From the IMG/VR virus record IMGVR_UViG_3300029219_000144: 62,402 nucleotides of DNA; one strand, 5' to 3'. Shown piece after piece: positions 40,601-49,312 of this stretch; position 1 is the first letter of the stretch; every line of letters begins with the position of its first letter. The position numbers and the translations under genes are program-made. Origin of the DNA: a virus. Lineage: Duplodnaviria; Heunggongvirae; Uroviricota; Caudoviricetes. A model generated the notes under the pieces. The model had not been told where the DNA came from. It ran no database searches and was given only the letters and a program-made list of their open reading frames with translations.

Positions 40601-42366
40601 CTCGTGTTGAAGGCGATGCTGCAAACGCTAAACAACTGGAAGTGTTGCAGTCAACGGTAGAGGAAAGCTCCGCTGCCGTTGAAGAAATGAAAAAGACGGT
40701 TGCAGAGGTCGATCGTGCCAGTGCAGAACTGACTACGAACATTGAGGCGTTAGCCAAAACAAATATTGACCTGGCTCTTCGTCAAGATGAAGACCAGCAC
40801 AAGCAGATGGTCAATAACGCGAAGATCGCAACAACACAGAAAACCTTTGCTGATGATATGTCTGCAATGGCCACGAAGGTTGAGGAAATTCGCGTAGAAA
40901 TTGGCGAAGACATTAAGGCCAGTATTCTGGAAGAGTCCACCGCTCGTGCCGATGGCGATGAAGCGTTGGCAAAGCGTGTCACTCAGCTGCAATCTAAGTT
41001 TGAAGGAGATATCAGCGCGGCGATTAGTACAGAGCAGGAGGCTCGCACATCTGCCGATGAAGCTCTGACGACACAGATCACTCAGCTTGAGTCGAAAGTA
41101 AGCAACGATATCGTCGCAGCTATTAAGGAAGAGCAAGAAGCCCGAGCAACGGAAGATTCGGCTCTGGCAAGCCAGATCACCCAACTTCAGGCAAAGGTTG
41201 ATGATGATATTTCTGCTGCAATACGTAGTGAGCAGGAGGCCCGAGCAAGCGGGGACTCTGCGTTAGCCAAACAAATAAACCAGCTTCAGTCAAAGGTTGA
41301 CGGTGATATATCCGCTGCCATCACTCAGGAGCAGGAGGCCAGAGCAAGTGCTGACCAGGCGCTCTCACGAGAAATTAACAGCCTGCGAGCACAAACCGGA
41401 ACTGATATTGCCGCAGCGGTTGCTGTAGAGACAAAGGCAAGGACTGATGCCGATAGTGCATTGTCCACTCAGATTTCGTCTCTTACAGCAAAAGCTAATG
41501 ATCTCGAGGCATCTCTTGCCAGAGAAACAACGGCTCGTGCTGATGGTGATACCGCTTTAACAAAAGAGGTTTCAAGTTTAAAAGCACAGACAGCGAAAGA
41601 TATTAGTGCGGCCGTTGCAGTTGAAACGCAGGCTCGAACTGATGCTGACTCGGCGTTGTCGTCTCAGATCACCAAGCTGACCTCTCAATACAAAGAGGAT
41701 ATTAAAGCGGCTGTAGCAACCGAAACGAAAACGCGTACAGAGCAAGATGCTGCATTGGCGACTCAAATCACAAACTTAGAGTCTCAAACGGCAGCCAACA
41801 TTTCCGCGGCGGTAACAACTGAAACGACAGCGAGAACGCAGGCAGATAATGCTCTGAGTGGGCGAATCGATACTCTGAAAGCAGAGGTGGATGGAAATAC
41901 CGCGACAATTCAACAGCAGGCAACAGCTATTGCTGATACCAACAAAAAAGTGTCAACCGCGTGGACGTTGAAAATGGAAACTTCAACGAGCGGAGGGCAG
42001 AAGTATGTTGCTGGTATTGCGCTTGGTATCGACACCACTGGCCTTTCTCAGTTTTTGGTGCAGGCTGACAGGTTTGGTTTGGTCAACTCTGTTAACGGGA
42101 AGATCACCACGCCATTTGTTATCGAAAACAGTATCGCCTATATGAATGGTGCGTATATCAAGGATGGCACAATCACCAATGCAAAAGTAGGCGATCTGCA
42201 ATCTACCAATTTTGTTAGCGGTAGATCTGGATGGCGGTTCGGCAAAAATGGAACGCTTGAGATCAACGGTAATAGCGGGGGTAATGGGCGACTGGTCATA
42301 AATGGTCAGCGGATTGACGTTTATGACGATAACAACGTCCTACGAGTAAGAATTGGCCTTCTGTAA
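37636..42366 (+). CDS. Central tail fibre / host specificity protein J homolog (1576 aa)
   Basis: Multiple blocks match lambda J as recalled (YPNSALVGLKVNSEQFGS, FGCTSRGQAHRVGLWL, KYVAGIALG..LSQFLVQADR); contains an internal coiled-coil repeat array. Confidence 0.85.
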   Translation: MDMEQFKKKKLPLLIAGAGGKKSKSSSRTPVEADDTVNSRAMAAILDLLGEGVIGGLVNGAKSIFIDDLPILNEDGSSNFSGITWDFRDGSQDQTPMAGFDFVETPKSVNIQLKKTHDVTVSIDNDEADRVRVIMKFPSLRSVDKSSGDTNGTTVKYKFQIANADATFSDVVAEGEKSVDITLTAKKTGVYYRSYELKLPKPGRAYKVRVIRLTDDNSSQYLYNDTWVDSIGEIVDTPMNYPNSALVGLKVNSEQFGSTMPSRSYLVRGIKIRVPSNYNEYTNTYVGVWDGTFKLLSSSNPAWILYDLLTNTRYGLGQFVSESMIDLGQLYQIGRYCDEEVDDGFGGKEKRFAINTQITSRQDAYRLIQDIAGAFRGMVFWAGGMVNIMQDSPSDPVMMFTNSNVKDGLFTYKGSARKDRPSVALVTYNNKEDGYKQNIEYVEDQDAMRRYGERKTEVVAFGCTSRGQAHRVGLWLLYTARMESDVITFTAGLDASFLMPGETVLIQNKYRAGKRNSGRIVEFTKNSITLDAPVSLAKSGSFIRILNQEGKIVERDVLETGENITKVTFSKALSSAETPVLNGVWTITEPDLEPMRVRIVNIAQGETPGSFDITAVENNPSKYEAIDNGATLIPQNTTVLDPTYSKPSNLQITEGTYLSSPGNLSVKLTATWEGKSPEYWISWRRSDENNVSNWQSARVTEEQYEIVNVAENGHYDFQLYAVSFNGKKTEIISTVYQVLGTMTPPDAPTSLTAVGDYRNVILNWVNPDSVDLDHINVYASQTNNLDTAKLIAESASTTFTHAGLGDSETWYYWVRASNKRGMLSPPNSNLGTEATTRDVLSFLAGKITSSELGQALLEDINSKASQEAVDELNEHINQSVESLEGAVNDVKEDIAELDKQFSDNLAGFEIKFNERSDALENAQTELKGEVSATIDKVNEAFEKIDATDAAIVEIENTVSEHDKALANTVEAIKAARDEAAALIAKESEARVEGDAANAKQLEVLQSTVEESSAAVEEMKKTVAEVDRASAELTTNIEALAKTNIDLALRQDEDQHKQMVNNAKIATTQKTFADDMSAMATKVEEIRVEIGEDIKASILEESTARADGDEALAKRVTQLQSKFEGDISAAISTEQEARTSADEALTTQITQLESKVSNDIVAAIKEEQEARATEDSALASQITQLQAKVDDDISAAIRSEQEARASGDSALAKQINQLQSKVDGDISAAITQEQEARASADQALSREINSLRAQTGTDIAAAVAVETKARTDADSALSTQISSLTAKANDLEASLARETTARADGDTALTKEVSSLKAQTAKDISAAVAVETQARTDADSALSSQITKLTSQYKEDIKAAVATETKTRTEQDAALATQITNLESQTAANISAAVTTETTARTQADNALSGRIDTLKAEVDGNTATIQQQATAIADTNKKVSTAWTLKMETSTSGGQKYVAGIALGIDTTGLSQFLVQADRFGLVNSVNGKITTPFVIENSIAYMNGAYIKDGTITNAKVGDLQSTNFVSGRSGWRFGKNGTLEINGNSGGNGRLVINGQRIDVYDDNNVLRVRIGLL
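40930..41880 (+). repeat. In-frame tandem repeats (~90 bp, about 9 units) inside the J gene
   Basis: Repeating ~30-aa units such as DISAAI..EQEARA.ADSALA.QITQLQ.KV. Confidence 0.6.
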
Positions 42367-42396
42367 TGTAGAAAAAAATATTTATATCGGTAAAAA

Positions 42397-42414
42397 TAAG
42401 TAGGTACATACTTA
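42397..42414. promoter_or_regulatory. Palindrome TAAGTAggtacaTACTTA upstream of the side tail fibre gene
   Basis: Perfect TAAGTA/TACTTA inverted repeat, followed by hairpin GGTGGGC..GCCCACC. Confidence 0.45.
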
Positions 42415-42458
42415 ATGGTGGGCAAGGATAGCCCACCAAATCAAGGAGCATATTCAAC

Positions 42459-45400
42459 ATGTGGTACAGGGAAGGTACTATCACATTTACACAGGGCAGC
42501 AATACTCTGGTTGGGGCAGGGACAGCCTGGAACGTAACAGCTAATGGTGTGTTGCCGGGGATGATCGTCATTGGCCCCGACAATAAGCTGTATGAGATCA
42601 AGCGCGTAACCAGTGATACGAACATTGTTCTCTCAGAACCTTATACCGGCGAAACTCAGTCTGAAGTTCCGTGCCGAATCATTACGACCTATGAAGGCGA
42701 CTTAACACAGTTTAGCGCGCGCTTTACAGCACTAATGTCGCGTATGTCGGCTGATTCCAAGTCCATGCGCAGTTGGTTGACTGCTCTGGATGAGGTGACA
42801 ATCGAGCGTGAAGACGGTACAGAAGTGACCGTTAAGCCGCTAATGCAGATCGTCAACGAGCACAACGAAAACGTTGAGTGGTATAAAAATAACACTGACG
42901 CGATTGATGCTGCTGGCGACAAAGCTCGTGAGGCGGCGGCCAGTGCTGCCGCAGCAGCAGAAAGCGCCAATATCGCTGGAGAAAAAGCCTCTCAAGCGTC
43001 TCAAAGTGCATCCGCTGCAGAGTCCTCAAAAAGCGCGGCGGCCACCAGTGCCGGTGCCGCGAAAACGTCTGAAACGAATGCTGCAGCGTCACAAAAATCT
43101 GCAGCCACTTCTGCATCCACCGCGACCACGAAGGCGTCAGAAGCTGCCACCTCAGCCCGGGATGCGGCGGCCTCAAAAGAGGCAGCGAAATCATCAGAAA
43201 CGAGCGCAGCCTCGAGCGCCAGTAATGCCGCTTCCTCGGCAACGGCGGCAGGAAATTCCGCGAAGGCGGCAAAAACGTCCGAGACGAACGCCAGGTCTTC
43301 TGAAACGGCAGCGGGACAGAGCGCCTCGGCTGCGGCAGGCTCAAAAACAGCGGCTGCGTCGTCTGCCAGTGCCGCGTCAACAAGTGCCGGGCAGGCCTCA
43401 GCCAGTGCCACCGCCGCCGGAAAATCGGCAGAAAGTGCCGCATCGTCTGCTTCAACAGCCACAACGAAGGCTGGCGAAGCCACTGAACAGGCCAGCGCAG
43501 CAGCGAGGTCTGCTTCCGCAGCGAAGACATCCGAAACGAACGCGAAAGCGTCGGAAACCCGTGCAGAATCCTCAAAAACGGCAGCCGCATCGTCCGCCAG
43601 TTCGGCAGCGTCATCGGCATCATCTGCGTCTGCTTCAAAAGATGAGGCGACCAGACAGGCGTCAGCAGCGAAGGGCAGCGCCACGACGGCATCCACGAAA
43701 GCAACAGAGGCGGCAGGCAGTGCGACGGCAGCATCTCAGAGCAAAACTGCTGCTGAATCCGCTGCGACCCGTGCGGAAGCTGCTGCTGATCGTGCTGAAG
43801 AGATTGCCGGTGCAGTTGCGATGGAAGACGCAAGCCTTACAACTAAAGGTGTTGTGAAACTTAGCAGTGCTGTCGACAGCACCAGTGAATCGCTGGCCGC
43901 AACGCCAAAAGCAGTTAAAGTAGTCAATGACAATGCGAACAGCAGGGTGCCATCTAACCGAAAAATTAACGGGAAAGCACTGACTGCGGATATCACATTA
44001 ACGCCGAAAGATATTGGTACTTTAAATTCAATAACGATGTCTTTCTCTGGCGGGGCCGGGTGGTTCAAACTGGCTACTGTTACAATGCCACAAGCGAGTT
44101 CCATCGTTTACATCGCATTGATTGGTGGCGCTGGTTACAACGTCGGCTCCCCACATCAGGCAGGCATTTCAGAACTGGTTCTACGAGCAGGCAATGGAAA
44201 CCCCAAAGGGATTACAGGTGCTTTGTGGAAGCGTACAGCTGTCGGATTAACGAATTTCGCCTGGATCAACACATCCGGCGATACATATGATATTTACGTT
44301 GAGATTGGCAATTATGCGACTCGTGTAAATATCCATTGGGATTGTACTGCAAATGCGACAGTTTCTATTTATACATCGCCAACATATTCAGCTAGTAAGC
44401 CTTCCAGCGTTACCGATGGTGTTGTTTATACGATGTATAGCACACATCAGAAACCGACGCCGTTAGATATTGGAGCACTGCCAACAACCGGAGGAACAGT
44501 TTCAGGTCCGTTGTCTGTTACTGGTGGGATCACCGGAACATTAAATGGTAATGCAAGTACAGCAACGAAATTGCAGACGGCAAGATCTATCGGTGGAGTT
44601 GGTTTCGACGGTTCTGCAAATATCAACCTTCCAGGTGTAAATACTACGGGTAATCAGAACACCACTGGTAATGCTGCAACTGCTACAAAACTTCAGACGG
44701 CAAGAACTATCGGCGGCGTGAGCTTTGATGGTACTGCGAATATTAATTTGCCAGGTGTTAATACGACTGGTAATCAGAATACAACGGGCAACGCGGCTAC
44801 TGCTACGAAGTTGCAGACTGCGCGTACTATCAATGGGGTGTCGTTTGACGGCTCGGCAAATATTTCCTTGTCGCCAGCAAATATAGGTTGCCCGGCATCT
44901 CCTACTGGTTGGTTAACTACAGGAAGTAATGGCGGAGCAATAACAACAGCACAGTTAGTGACGTTATTGCAAAATAATGGAGCATTTAACACAAAGTCAT
45001 GGATTGCTCGATGTGCTTGGGCCTATGCCAATAGTGCAACCATACCAAATAGTGAAACTGGTTGTGGCGTTATTCCATTGGCAGGAGCTGTTATAGAGGT
45101 ATTTAATAACGGTAGTAGCTCAAACAATTATACGATCCGTATAACAACGGCCACAACGACGAGTGTCTCTGGTGCTCTCACTAATGCGGAGTTTATCTAT
45201 GTATTTAATGGCACAGATTATTCTCCGGGATGGCGAAGAGTATATAACACGAAAAACAAACCAACAGCCTCTGATGTCGGTGCATTACCTCTTACCGGTG
45301 GTACATTATCTGGAGGTTTGACATCTTCTGGCGAGATCATTTCAAAATATGCAAATGGTTTCCGCATTGCTTACGGTAGCTTTGGGTTCTTTATCCGTAA

Positions 45401-46616
45401 TGATGGATCGAACACATATTTCATGCTAACAGCATCAGGAGACACATTAGGTTCATGGAACGGTTTGCGACCAATTACAATTAATAATACCAGCGGTGCT
45501 GTATCAATTGGTAATGGACTAAATGTGACTGGTGGCGTAAATGGTAGTTTGAACGGTAATGCTTCAACAGCTACGAAGTTGCAAACAGCGAGAAACATCA
45601 ATGGTGTTAAGTTTGATGGCTCAGGCGATATCAACATTAATACATTGGTATCTCGTGGCCGAGTTACGGCGTTAAGCGGCTCTACTCAAGGCACTGCTGG
45701 CATTCAAATGTACGAGGCGTACAACAATAGCTACCCGACCACGTATGGCAACGTATTGCACATGAAAGGTGCGAGTGCTGCTGGTGAGGGCGAGTTGCTT
45801 ATTGGCTGGAGTGGTACGAGCGGTGCACATGCGCCAGTTTTCATTCGCTCACGAAGAGATACCACAGATGCGGCATGGTCAGCGTGGGCGCAGGTATATA
45901 CTGCTAAGGATTCAATCCCTGGTGTGAATACAACCGGTAATCAGAATACTACTGGTAATGCCGCAACAGCCACAAAATTGCAGACAGCAAGGAAAATTGC
46001 TGGTGTGGCGTTTGATGGCTCTGCCGATATTACTTTGACTGCGGCTAACCTTAATGCTTATACGAAAACAGAGGTAACAAACCTTCTAAGTTCCTATGCA
46101 AGCAGATCATCACTGACAGGCTATAGTGGCAACCTGGATATTATTGCTGAAACACTGGTTGTCAAATCAGGCGGTAGTGGAGGGTTTGCTATATGGGATA
46201 TTGGCACAACTACTAGCGGTGCCAATATGTACATTGATCCAAACCCTGGTATCAATACAGTTTGGCGTTCAACATCTTCAAGGCGCTATAAAAAGGATAT
46301 TGAAACATTACAAGATCGATATGCTGATGAACTTTTGTCATTAAGACCTGTTTGGTATCGTTCAATTTGTCGAGGTGACCGAAAGGATTGGGGGTATTAC
46401 GGCCTTATTGCTGAAGAGGTTGGTGAGATTGCCCCGCAATATGTCCATTGGCGTGAACCAACAAATAATGATTCTCCAGAAGATATTTCCTCAAATGGTA
46501 TGGTCGCTGAAGGGGTGATGTATGAGCGTTTGGTTGTACCACTCATTCATCATATTCAGCAATTGACCAAAAGGGTTGAGGAGCTTGAAACGAAGTTAAA
46601 TTCACCTAAAGAATAA
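42459..46616 (+). CDS. Side tail fibre (lambda Stf-like shaft, repeat region, C-terminal intramolecular chaperone domain)
   Basis: Ala/Ser-rich region (AESSKSAAATSAGAAKTSETNAAASQ...) near-identical to lambda Stf as recalled; GNAATATKLQTAR repeats; C-terminus has S74-like chaperone motifs (YGLIAEEV..). Confidence 0.8.
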   Translation: MWYREGTITFTQGSNTLVGAGTAWNVTANGVLPGMIVIGPDNKLYEIKRVTSDTNIVLSEPYTGETQSEVPCRIITTYEGDLTQFSARFTALMSRMSADSKSMRSWLTALDEVTIEREDGTEVTVKPLMQIVNEHNENVEWYKNNTDAIDAAGDKAREAAASAAAAAESANIAGEKASQASQSASAAESSKSAAATSAGAAKTSETNAAASQKSAATSASTATTKASEAATSARDAAASKEAAKSSETSAASSASNAASSATAAGNSAKAAKTSETNARSSETAAGQSASAAAGSKTAAASSASAASTSAGQASASATAAGKSAESAASSASTATTKAGEATEQASAAARSASAAKTSETNAKASETRAESSKTAAASSASSAASSASSASASKDEATRQASAAKGSATTASTKATEAAGSATAASQSKTAAESAATRAEAAADRAEEIAGAVAMEDASLTTKGVVKLSSAVDSTSESLAATPKAVKVVNDNANSRVPSNRKINGKALTADITLTPKDIGTLNSITMSFSGGAGWFKLATVTMPQASSIVYIALIGGAGYNVGSPHQAGISELVLRAGNGNPKGITGALWKRTAVGLTNFAWINTSGDTYDIYVEIGNYATRVNIHWDCTANATVSIYTSPTYSASKPSSVTDGVVYTMYSTHQKPTPLDIGALPTTGGTVSGPLSVTGGITGTLNGNASTATKLQTARSIGGVGFDGSANINLPGVNTTGNQNTTGNAATATKLQTARTIGGVSFDGTANINLPGVNTTGNQNTTGNAATATKLQTARTINGVSFDGSANISLSPANIGCPASPTGWLTTGSNGGAITTAQLVTLLQNNGAFNTKSWIARCAWAYANSATIPNSETGCGVIPLAGAVIEVFNNGSSSNNYTIRITTATTTSVSGALTNAEFIYVFNGTDYSPGWRRVYNTKNKPTASDVGALPLTGGTLSGGLTSSGEIISKYANGFRIAYGSFGFFIRNDGSNTYFMLTASGDTLGSWNGLRPITINNTSGAVSIGNGLNVTGGVNGSLNGNASTATKLQTARNINGVKFDGSGDININTLVSRGRVTALSGSTQGTAGIQMYEAYNNSYPTTYGNVLHMKGASAAGEGELLIGWSGTSGAHAPVFIRSRRDTTDAAWSAWAQVYTAKDSIPGVNTTGNQNTTGNAATATKLQTARKIAGVAFDGSADITLTAANLNAYTKTEVTNLLSSYASRSSLTGYSGNLDIIAETLVVKSGGSGGFAIWDIGTTTSGANMYIDPNPGINTVWRSTSSRRYKKDIETLQDRYADELLSLRPVWYRSICRGDRKDWGYYGLIAEEVGEIAPQYVHWREPTNNDSPEDISSNGMVAEGVMYERLVVPLIHHIQQLTKRVEELETKLNSPKE
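44540..44880 (+). repeat. Three tandem ~120-bp in-frame repeats inside the fibre gene (further diverged copies near 45540 and 45900)
   Basis: Repeated NINLPGVNTTGNQNTTGNAATATKLQTAR.IGGV.FDG with synonymous differences. Confidence 0.6.
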
Positions 46617-46627
46617 ACAACTTCAAT

Positions 46628-46652
46628 CGGGGCTGGAACTAAACCAGCCCCT
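46628..46652 (+). terminator. Hairpin after the tail fibre gene
   Basis: GGGGCTGG aactaaa CCAGCCCC; weak U-tract. Confidence 0.45.
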
Positions 46653-46676
46653 GCTTAAAAGTATAAGGATATATTT

Positions 46677-46931
46677 ATGAGCTATGGTGCACAGGTATGG
46701 TCGCCATCAAGACAGGAGATGGTCGATGCGTTGGCCCCTGTTTATTACCTCGATTATTTTACTCCCTCTGGTTCTGGAAGTAGAACATATGAGGTTGAGG
46801 CGGGATTGGGAATCGACTATTACATAATGGACGTAACCAATGGGAAATACACAAGTCTTACGGTTTCTGGAAATACCATTTCATGGTCTGGAGCTAGTGG
46901 CAATTTAAACATATTGGTTTTTCAAAAATAA
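46677..46931 (+). CDS. hypothetical protein (84 aa)
   Basis: ORF in an AT-rich block after the fibre gene. Confidence 0.45.
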   Translation: MSYGAQVWSPSRQEMVDALAPVYYLDYFTPSGSGSRTYEVEAGLGIDYYIMDVTNGKYTSLTVSGNTISWSGASGNLNILVFQK

Positions 46932-47539
46932 TGTACGGAAGCAAGATATATCGATCTGACGGGAAGGTCTGGATGTCTCCTTCTTTGTCTCCTATCGTCT
47001 TTCAGAGAAAGCAGGTTGTTTCTTTGTCTGGCGGGACAGAGTTTAACACCCAAATATCTCCAGATCGTTCACCGATGATTTTTGTTGCCTATTCGAAAGC
47101 TGTTTCATTAATAGCCAACAGAATAGTGCGTAACAACCAGGTGATTTACAGTTTCGGAGGTCAGGGTAGCGACTCTAGTGCCACGATATACGTATTTTCG
47201 AAAGGTATAGCCAAAAAAGAAACTTGGGGCATGAGTTTTTTCAATGCACAAGGGGAGGAAATCTATAATACGGCAAATATCCCACTTTCATTTACCTTTC
47301 TTAATAATACGGAGTGGAACAGCTCTGGAGGGCATGTTTTTGATTACCCACCAGCGATAATCCCAACATATGCGAATGTGTTCGCTGTTCCAGTACCGGG
47401 CGGAGCCATGACAATGGTTTATGGATATGCGGCATATGGAAATACTGTTAGCTCGATATTCGTAAACCAACTTAATGGCGGCCATAGTTTTAGCGTAAAT
47501 GGCAGAGTACCGGTAATAAATAGAAATCTGTATAACTGA
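46931..47539 (+). CDS. hypothetical protein (202 aa)
   Basis: Start overlaps the upstream stop; AT-rich; no motif recognised. Confidence 0.45.
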   Translation: MYGSKIYRSDGKVWMSPSLSPIVFQRKQVVSLSGGTEFNTQISPDRSPMIFVAYSKAVSLIANRIVRNNQVIYSFGGQGSDSSATIYVFSKGIAKKETWGMSFFNAQGEEIYNTANIPLSFTFLNNTEWNSSGGHVFDYPPAIIPTYANVFAVPVPGGAMTMVYGYAAYGNTVSSIFVNQLNGGHSFSVNGRVPVINRNLYN

Positions 47540-47546
47540 TGAGTAA

Positions 47547-47780
47547 ATGATGAAAAGATTATTTCTAACAATAGCTGTTGTTCTCTCTCTTACTGGCTGC
47601 CAGAAATTGCCGACACCTATATGTTACGGTGAGGCTATCATTGGTGGACAGGAGACAGTCATACCCATATATGCTGTTAAAAAAGTGAACGACTATACCT
47701 TATACAAAGCGGGTAGCATCTATAACTGGCGATGGGTAGGAGTAGGTGCTTTCTCATCAGTCCGTTGCAATGTTGAATGA
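47547..47780 (+). CDS. small lipoprotein (77 aa), possible superinfection-exclusion type
   Basis: Signal peptide with lipobox LTGC (MMKRLFLTIAVVLSLTGCQ); sits between tail fibre and lysis genes. Confidence 0.5.
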   Translation: MMKRLFLTIAVVLSLTGCQKLPTPICYGEAIIGGQETVIPIYAVKKVNDYTLYKAGSIYNWRWVGVGAFSSVRCNVE

Positions 47781-47861
47781 TAAGTAAGTACACACCTACA
47801 ACAAGAAGGTGAAATGTGATATAAATCCGCCATCCCGATTTGACTTTTCATGGAGGAAAAC

Positions 47862-48185
47862 ATGTCGAACGAGATGGCGGGCGTTACAACAGAGCAAGTT
47901 GAGCGTATTGCCGCGATCGTTGCTCGGGAGGTTGTTGGCAAATTAGGTAAAGAGCTACGTGAAGAAATTGGCCAGGAGGTCAATGATCAGCTGAAAACCT
48001 ACTTTGGTGATATGACCCCGGCGCAACATAGTATTCAACACTCCAACCTGGACAAACTCCTTAACCGGTTAGATTCCATCTCCAGTGGGTTCTTTGGCGG
48101 CATTGTTTCTAAAATAACGTCGTTCATTATTACTGCACTGCTTTTGGGGTTAGCCGCGTATGGCGTAAAAAATGGACTGCAATAA
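47862..48185 (+). CDS. putative holin-like protein with a single C-terminal transmembrane segment (107 aa)
   Basis: GGAGG RBS 6 nt upstream of MSNEMAGV; hydrophobic C-terminus FFGGIVSKITSFIITALLLGLAAYGV; first gene of the lysis block. Confidence 0.4.
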   Translation: MSNEMAGVTTEQVERIAAIVAREVVGKLGKELREEIGQEVNDQLKTYFGDMTPAQHSIQHSNLDKLLNRLDSISSGFFGGIVSKITSFIITALLLGLAAYGVKNGLQ

Positions 48186-48198
48186 CAGGAGATCAAGG

Positions 48199-48891
48199 AT
48201 GAAGACTCCGAGAGGCATTCGTAATAATAACCCCGGTAATCTTGATAAAGGATCACCGTGGCAAGGTCTGGTTGCGAATCCAGACGAACCGCGCTTTTGC
48301 ACGTTTAAAGACCCTGTTTGGGGGATTCGTGCGCTGGCGGTGACTCTAATTACCTACCACGACAAACGTCGCGCAAAAGACGGCTCAAGTATCGATACCA
48401 TTCGTGAAGTTATTGAACGTTGGGCACCGCCGAATGAAAACAACACTGACGCCTACATTAATGAGGTGTCTAAAGCCGTTGGTGTAACCGCAGACATGAT
48501 CATCGATCTGCATGATTACGACATCCTTCGACCTTTGGTTGAGGCAATCATTCGCCACGAGAATGGCCGAGGCCCGCTAAAAACGCTGAACACCTGGTAT
48601 GCGGCAGAAGTTATTGAGGAAGGTCTGCGTCGAGCTGGCGTTGTTAAGCCGGTGAAAACCGTGAAGGCTGTTCCTGTAACTAAAGAAACCGCAGGCGCAA
48701 CTGTTACAGCAGGTATTGGTCTGGCGCAGCTGGCCGATGTTATGCCGCAGGTTTCCGCTGCTATGGATAAAGCACAAGGTCATATCTCTAGCGGGGATAC
48801 AGTACGCATCATCTTCGGTATTGCCACTATTGTTGTGGCAGGATTCATTGCCTGGTCGCAGGTAAGAAAACACCAGAAAGGGATGGTCTAA
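48199..48891 (+). CDS. putative endolysin-like protein with a C-terminal membrane anchor (230 aa)
   Basis: Conserved-looking N-terminal GIRNNNPGNL motif, C-terminal TM IIFGIATIVVAGFIAW; located between the holin-like and spanin genes. Confidence 0.4.
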   Translation: MKTPRGIRNNNPGNLDKGSPWQGLVANPDEPRFCTFKDPVWGIRALAVTLITYHDKRRAKDGSSIDTIREVIERWAPPNENNTDAYINEVSKAVGVTADMIIDLHDYDILRPLVEAIIRHENGRGPLKTLNTWYAAEVIEEGLRRAGVVKPVKTVKAVPVTKETAGATVTAGIGLAQLADVMPQVSAAMDKAQGHISSGDTVRIIFGIATIVVAGFIAWSQVRKHQKGMV

Positions 48892-48892
48892 T

Positions 48893-49144
48893 ATGCTAGG
48901 CAGCCTGATGACAAAGCTAAAAGTTGCTTTGATTACGCTGGCTGCCGTTCTTTTCGTTCTTGTCGGCGCTTACACGATGGGCGGGAATGCGGCGCGACGA
49001 GCAATGGAAGAGAAGGCAAAACAGGAAGACAGAAAACGACTTCAAAACACAGTGAAAGTGGTGAATGAGACGAGCAGTAAAATACGTCAGAAAGATGCTT
49101 CTGCCGTTCATCGTGAGTTGTATGATAAGTGGGTGCGTCATTAA
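48893..49144 (+). CDS. i-spanin (Rz-like inner-membrane spanin)
   Basis: N-terminal TM (LKVALITLAAVLFVLVGAY) then charged periplasmic domain; o-spanin ORF embedded in another frame. Confidence 0.6.
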   Translation: MLGSLMTKLKVALITLAAVLFVLVGAYTMGGNAARRAMEEKAKQEDRKRLQNTVKVVNETSSKIRQKDASAVHRELYDKWVRH

Positions 49145-49280
49145 ACCACAAACAGCCAGCGTGTTGTTCTGCGATGGGGCTGAGCCTATCTATATCAGCA
49201 ATAATGATGTAATGACTGAAGAAACCGAACGCCAAATCCTTTTTCACAATACGATGGGAGAGAGGGTTTGTGGTTGGTGA
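49065..49280 (+). CDS. o-spanin (Rz1-like outer-membrane lipoprotein)
   Basis: Lipoprotein signal MRRAVKYVRKMLLPFIVSCMISGC with lipobox ISGC; overlaps the i-spanin 3' end out of frame. Confidence 0.55.
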   Translation: MRRAVKYVRKMLLPFIVSCMISGCVIKPQTASVLFCDGAEPIYISNNDVMTEETERQILFHNTMGERVCGW

Positions 49281-49287
49281 TGTCGAA

Positions 49288-49309
49288 GTTCCCCTCAAAT
49301 GAGGGGAAC
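49288..49309. terminator. Bidirectional hairpin between convergent lysis and toxin-antitoxin genes
   Basis: GTTCCCCTC aaat GAGGGGAAC, 9-bp stem. Confidence 0.6.
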
Positions 49310-49312
49310 ACA

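Noticed and set aside
42853-44104. Alternative-frame ORFs (327, 326, 231, 122 aa) over the Ala/Ser-rich part of the tail fibre gene
   Set aside because: Repetitive GCN-rich coding sequence is open in several frames; the translations are low-complexity, while the fibre frame has clear homology.
40930-44880. Possible CRISPR array suggested by regular tandem repeats
   Set aside because: The repeats are in-frame coding repeats of the J and fibre proteins with synonymous divergence, not identical short repeats with unique spacers; no cas genes present.
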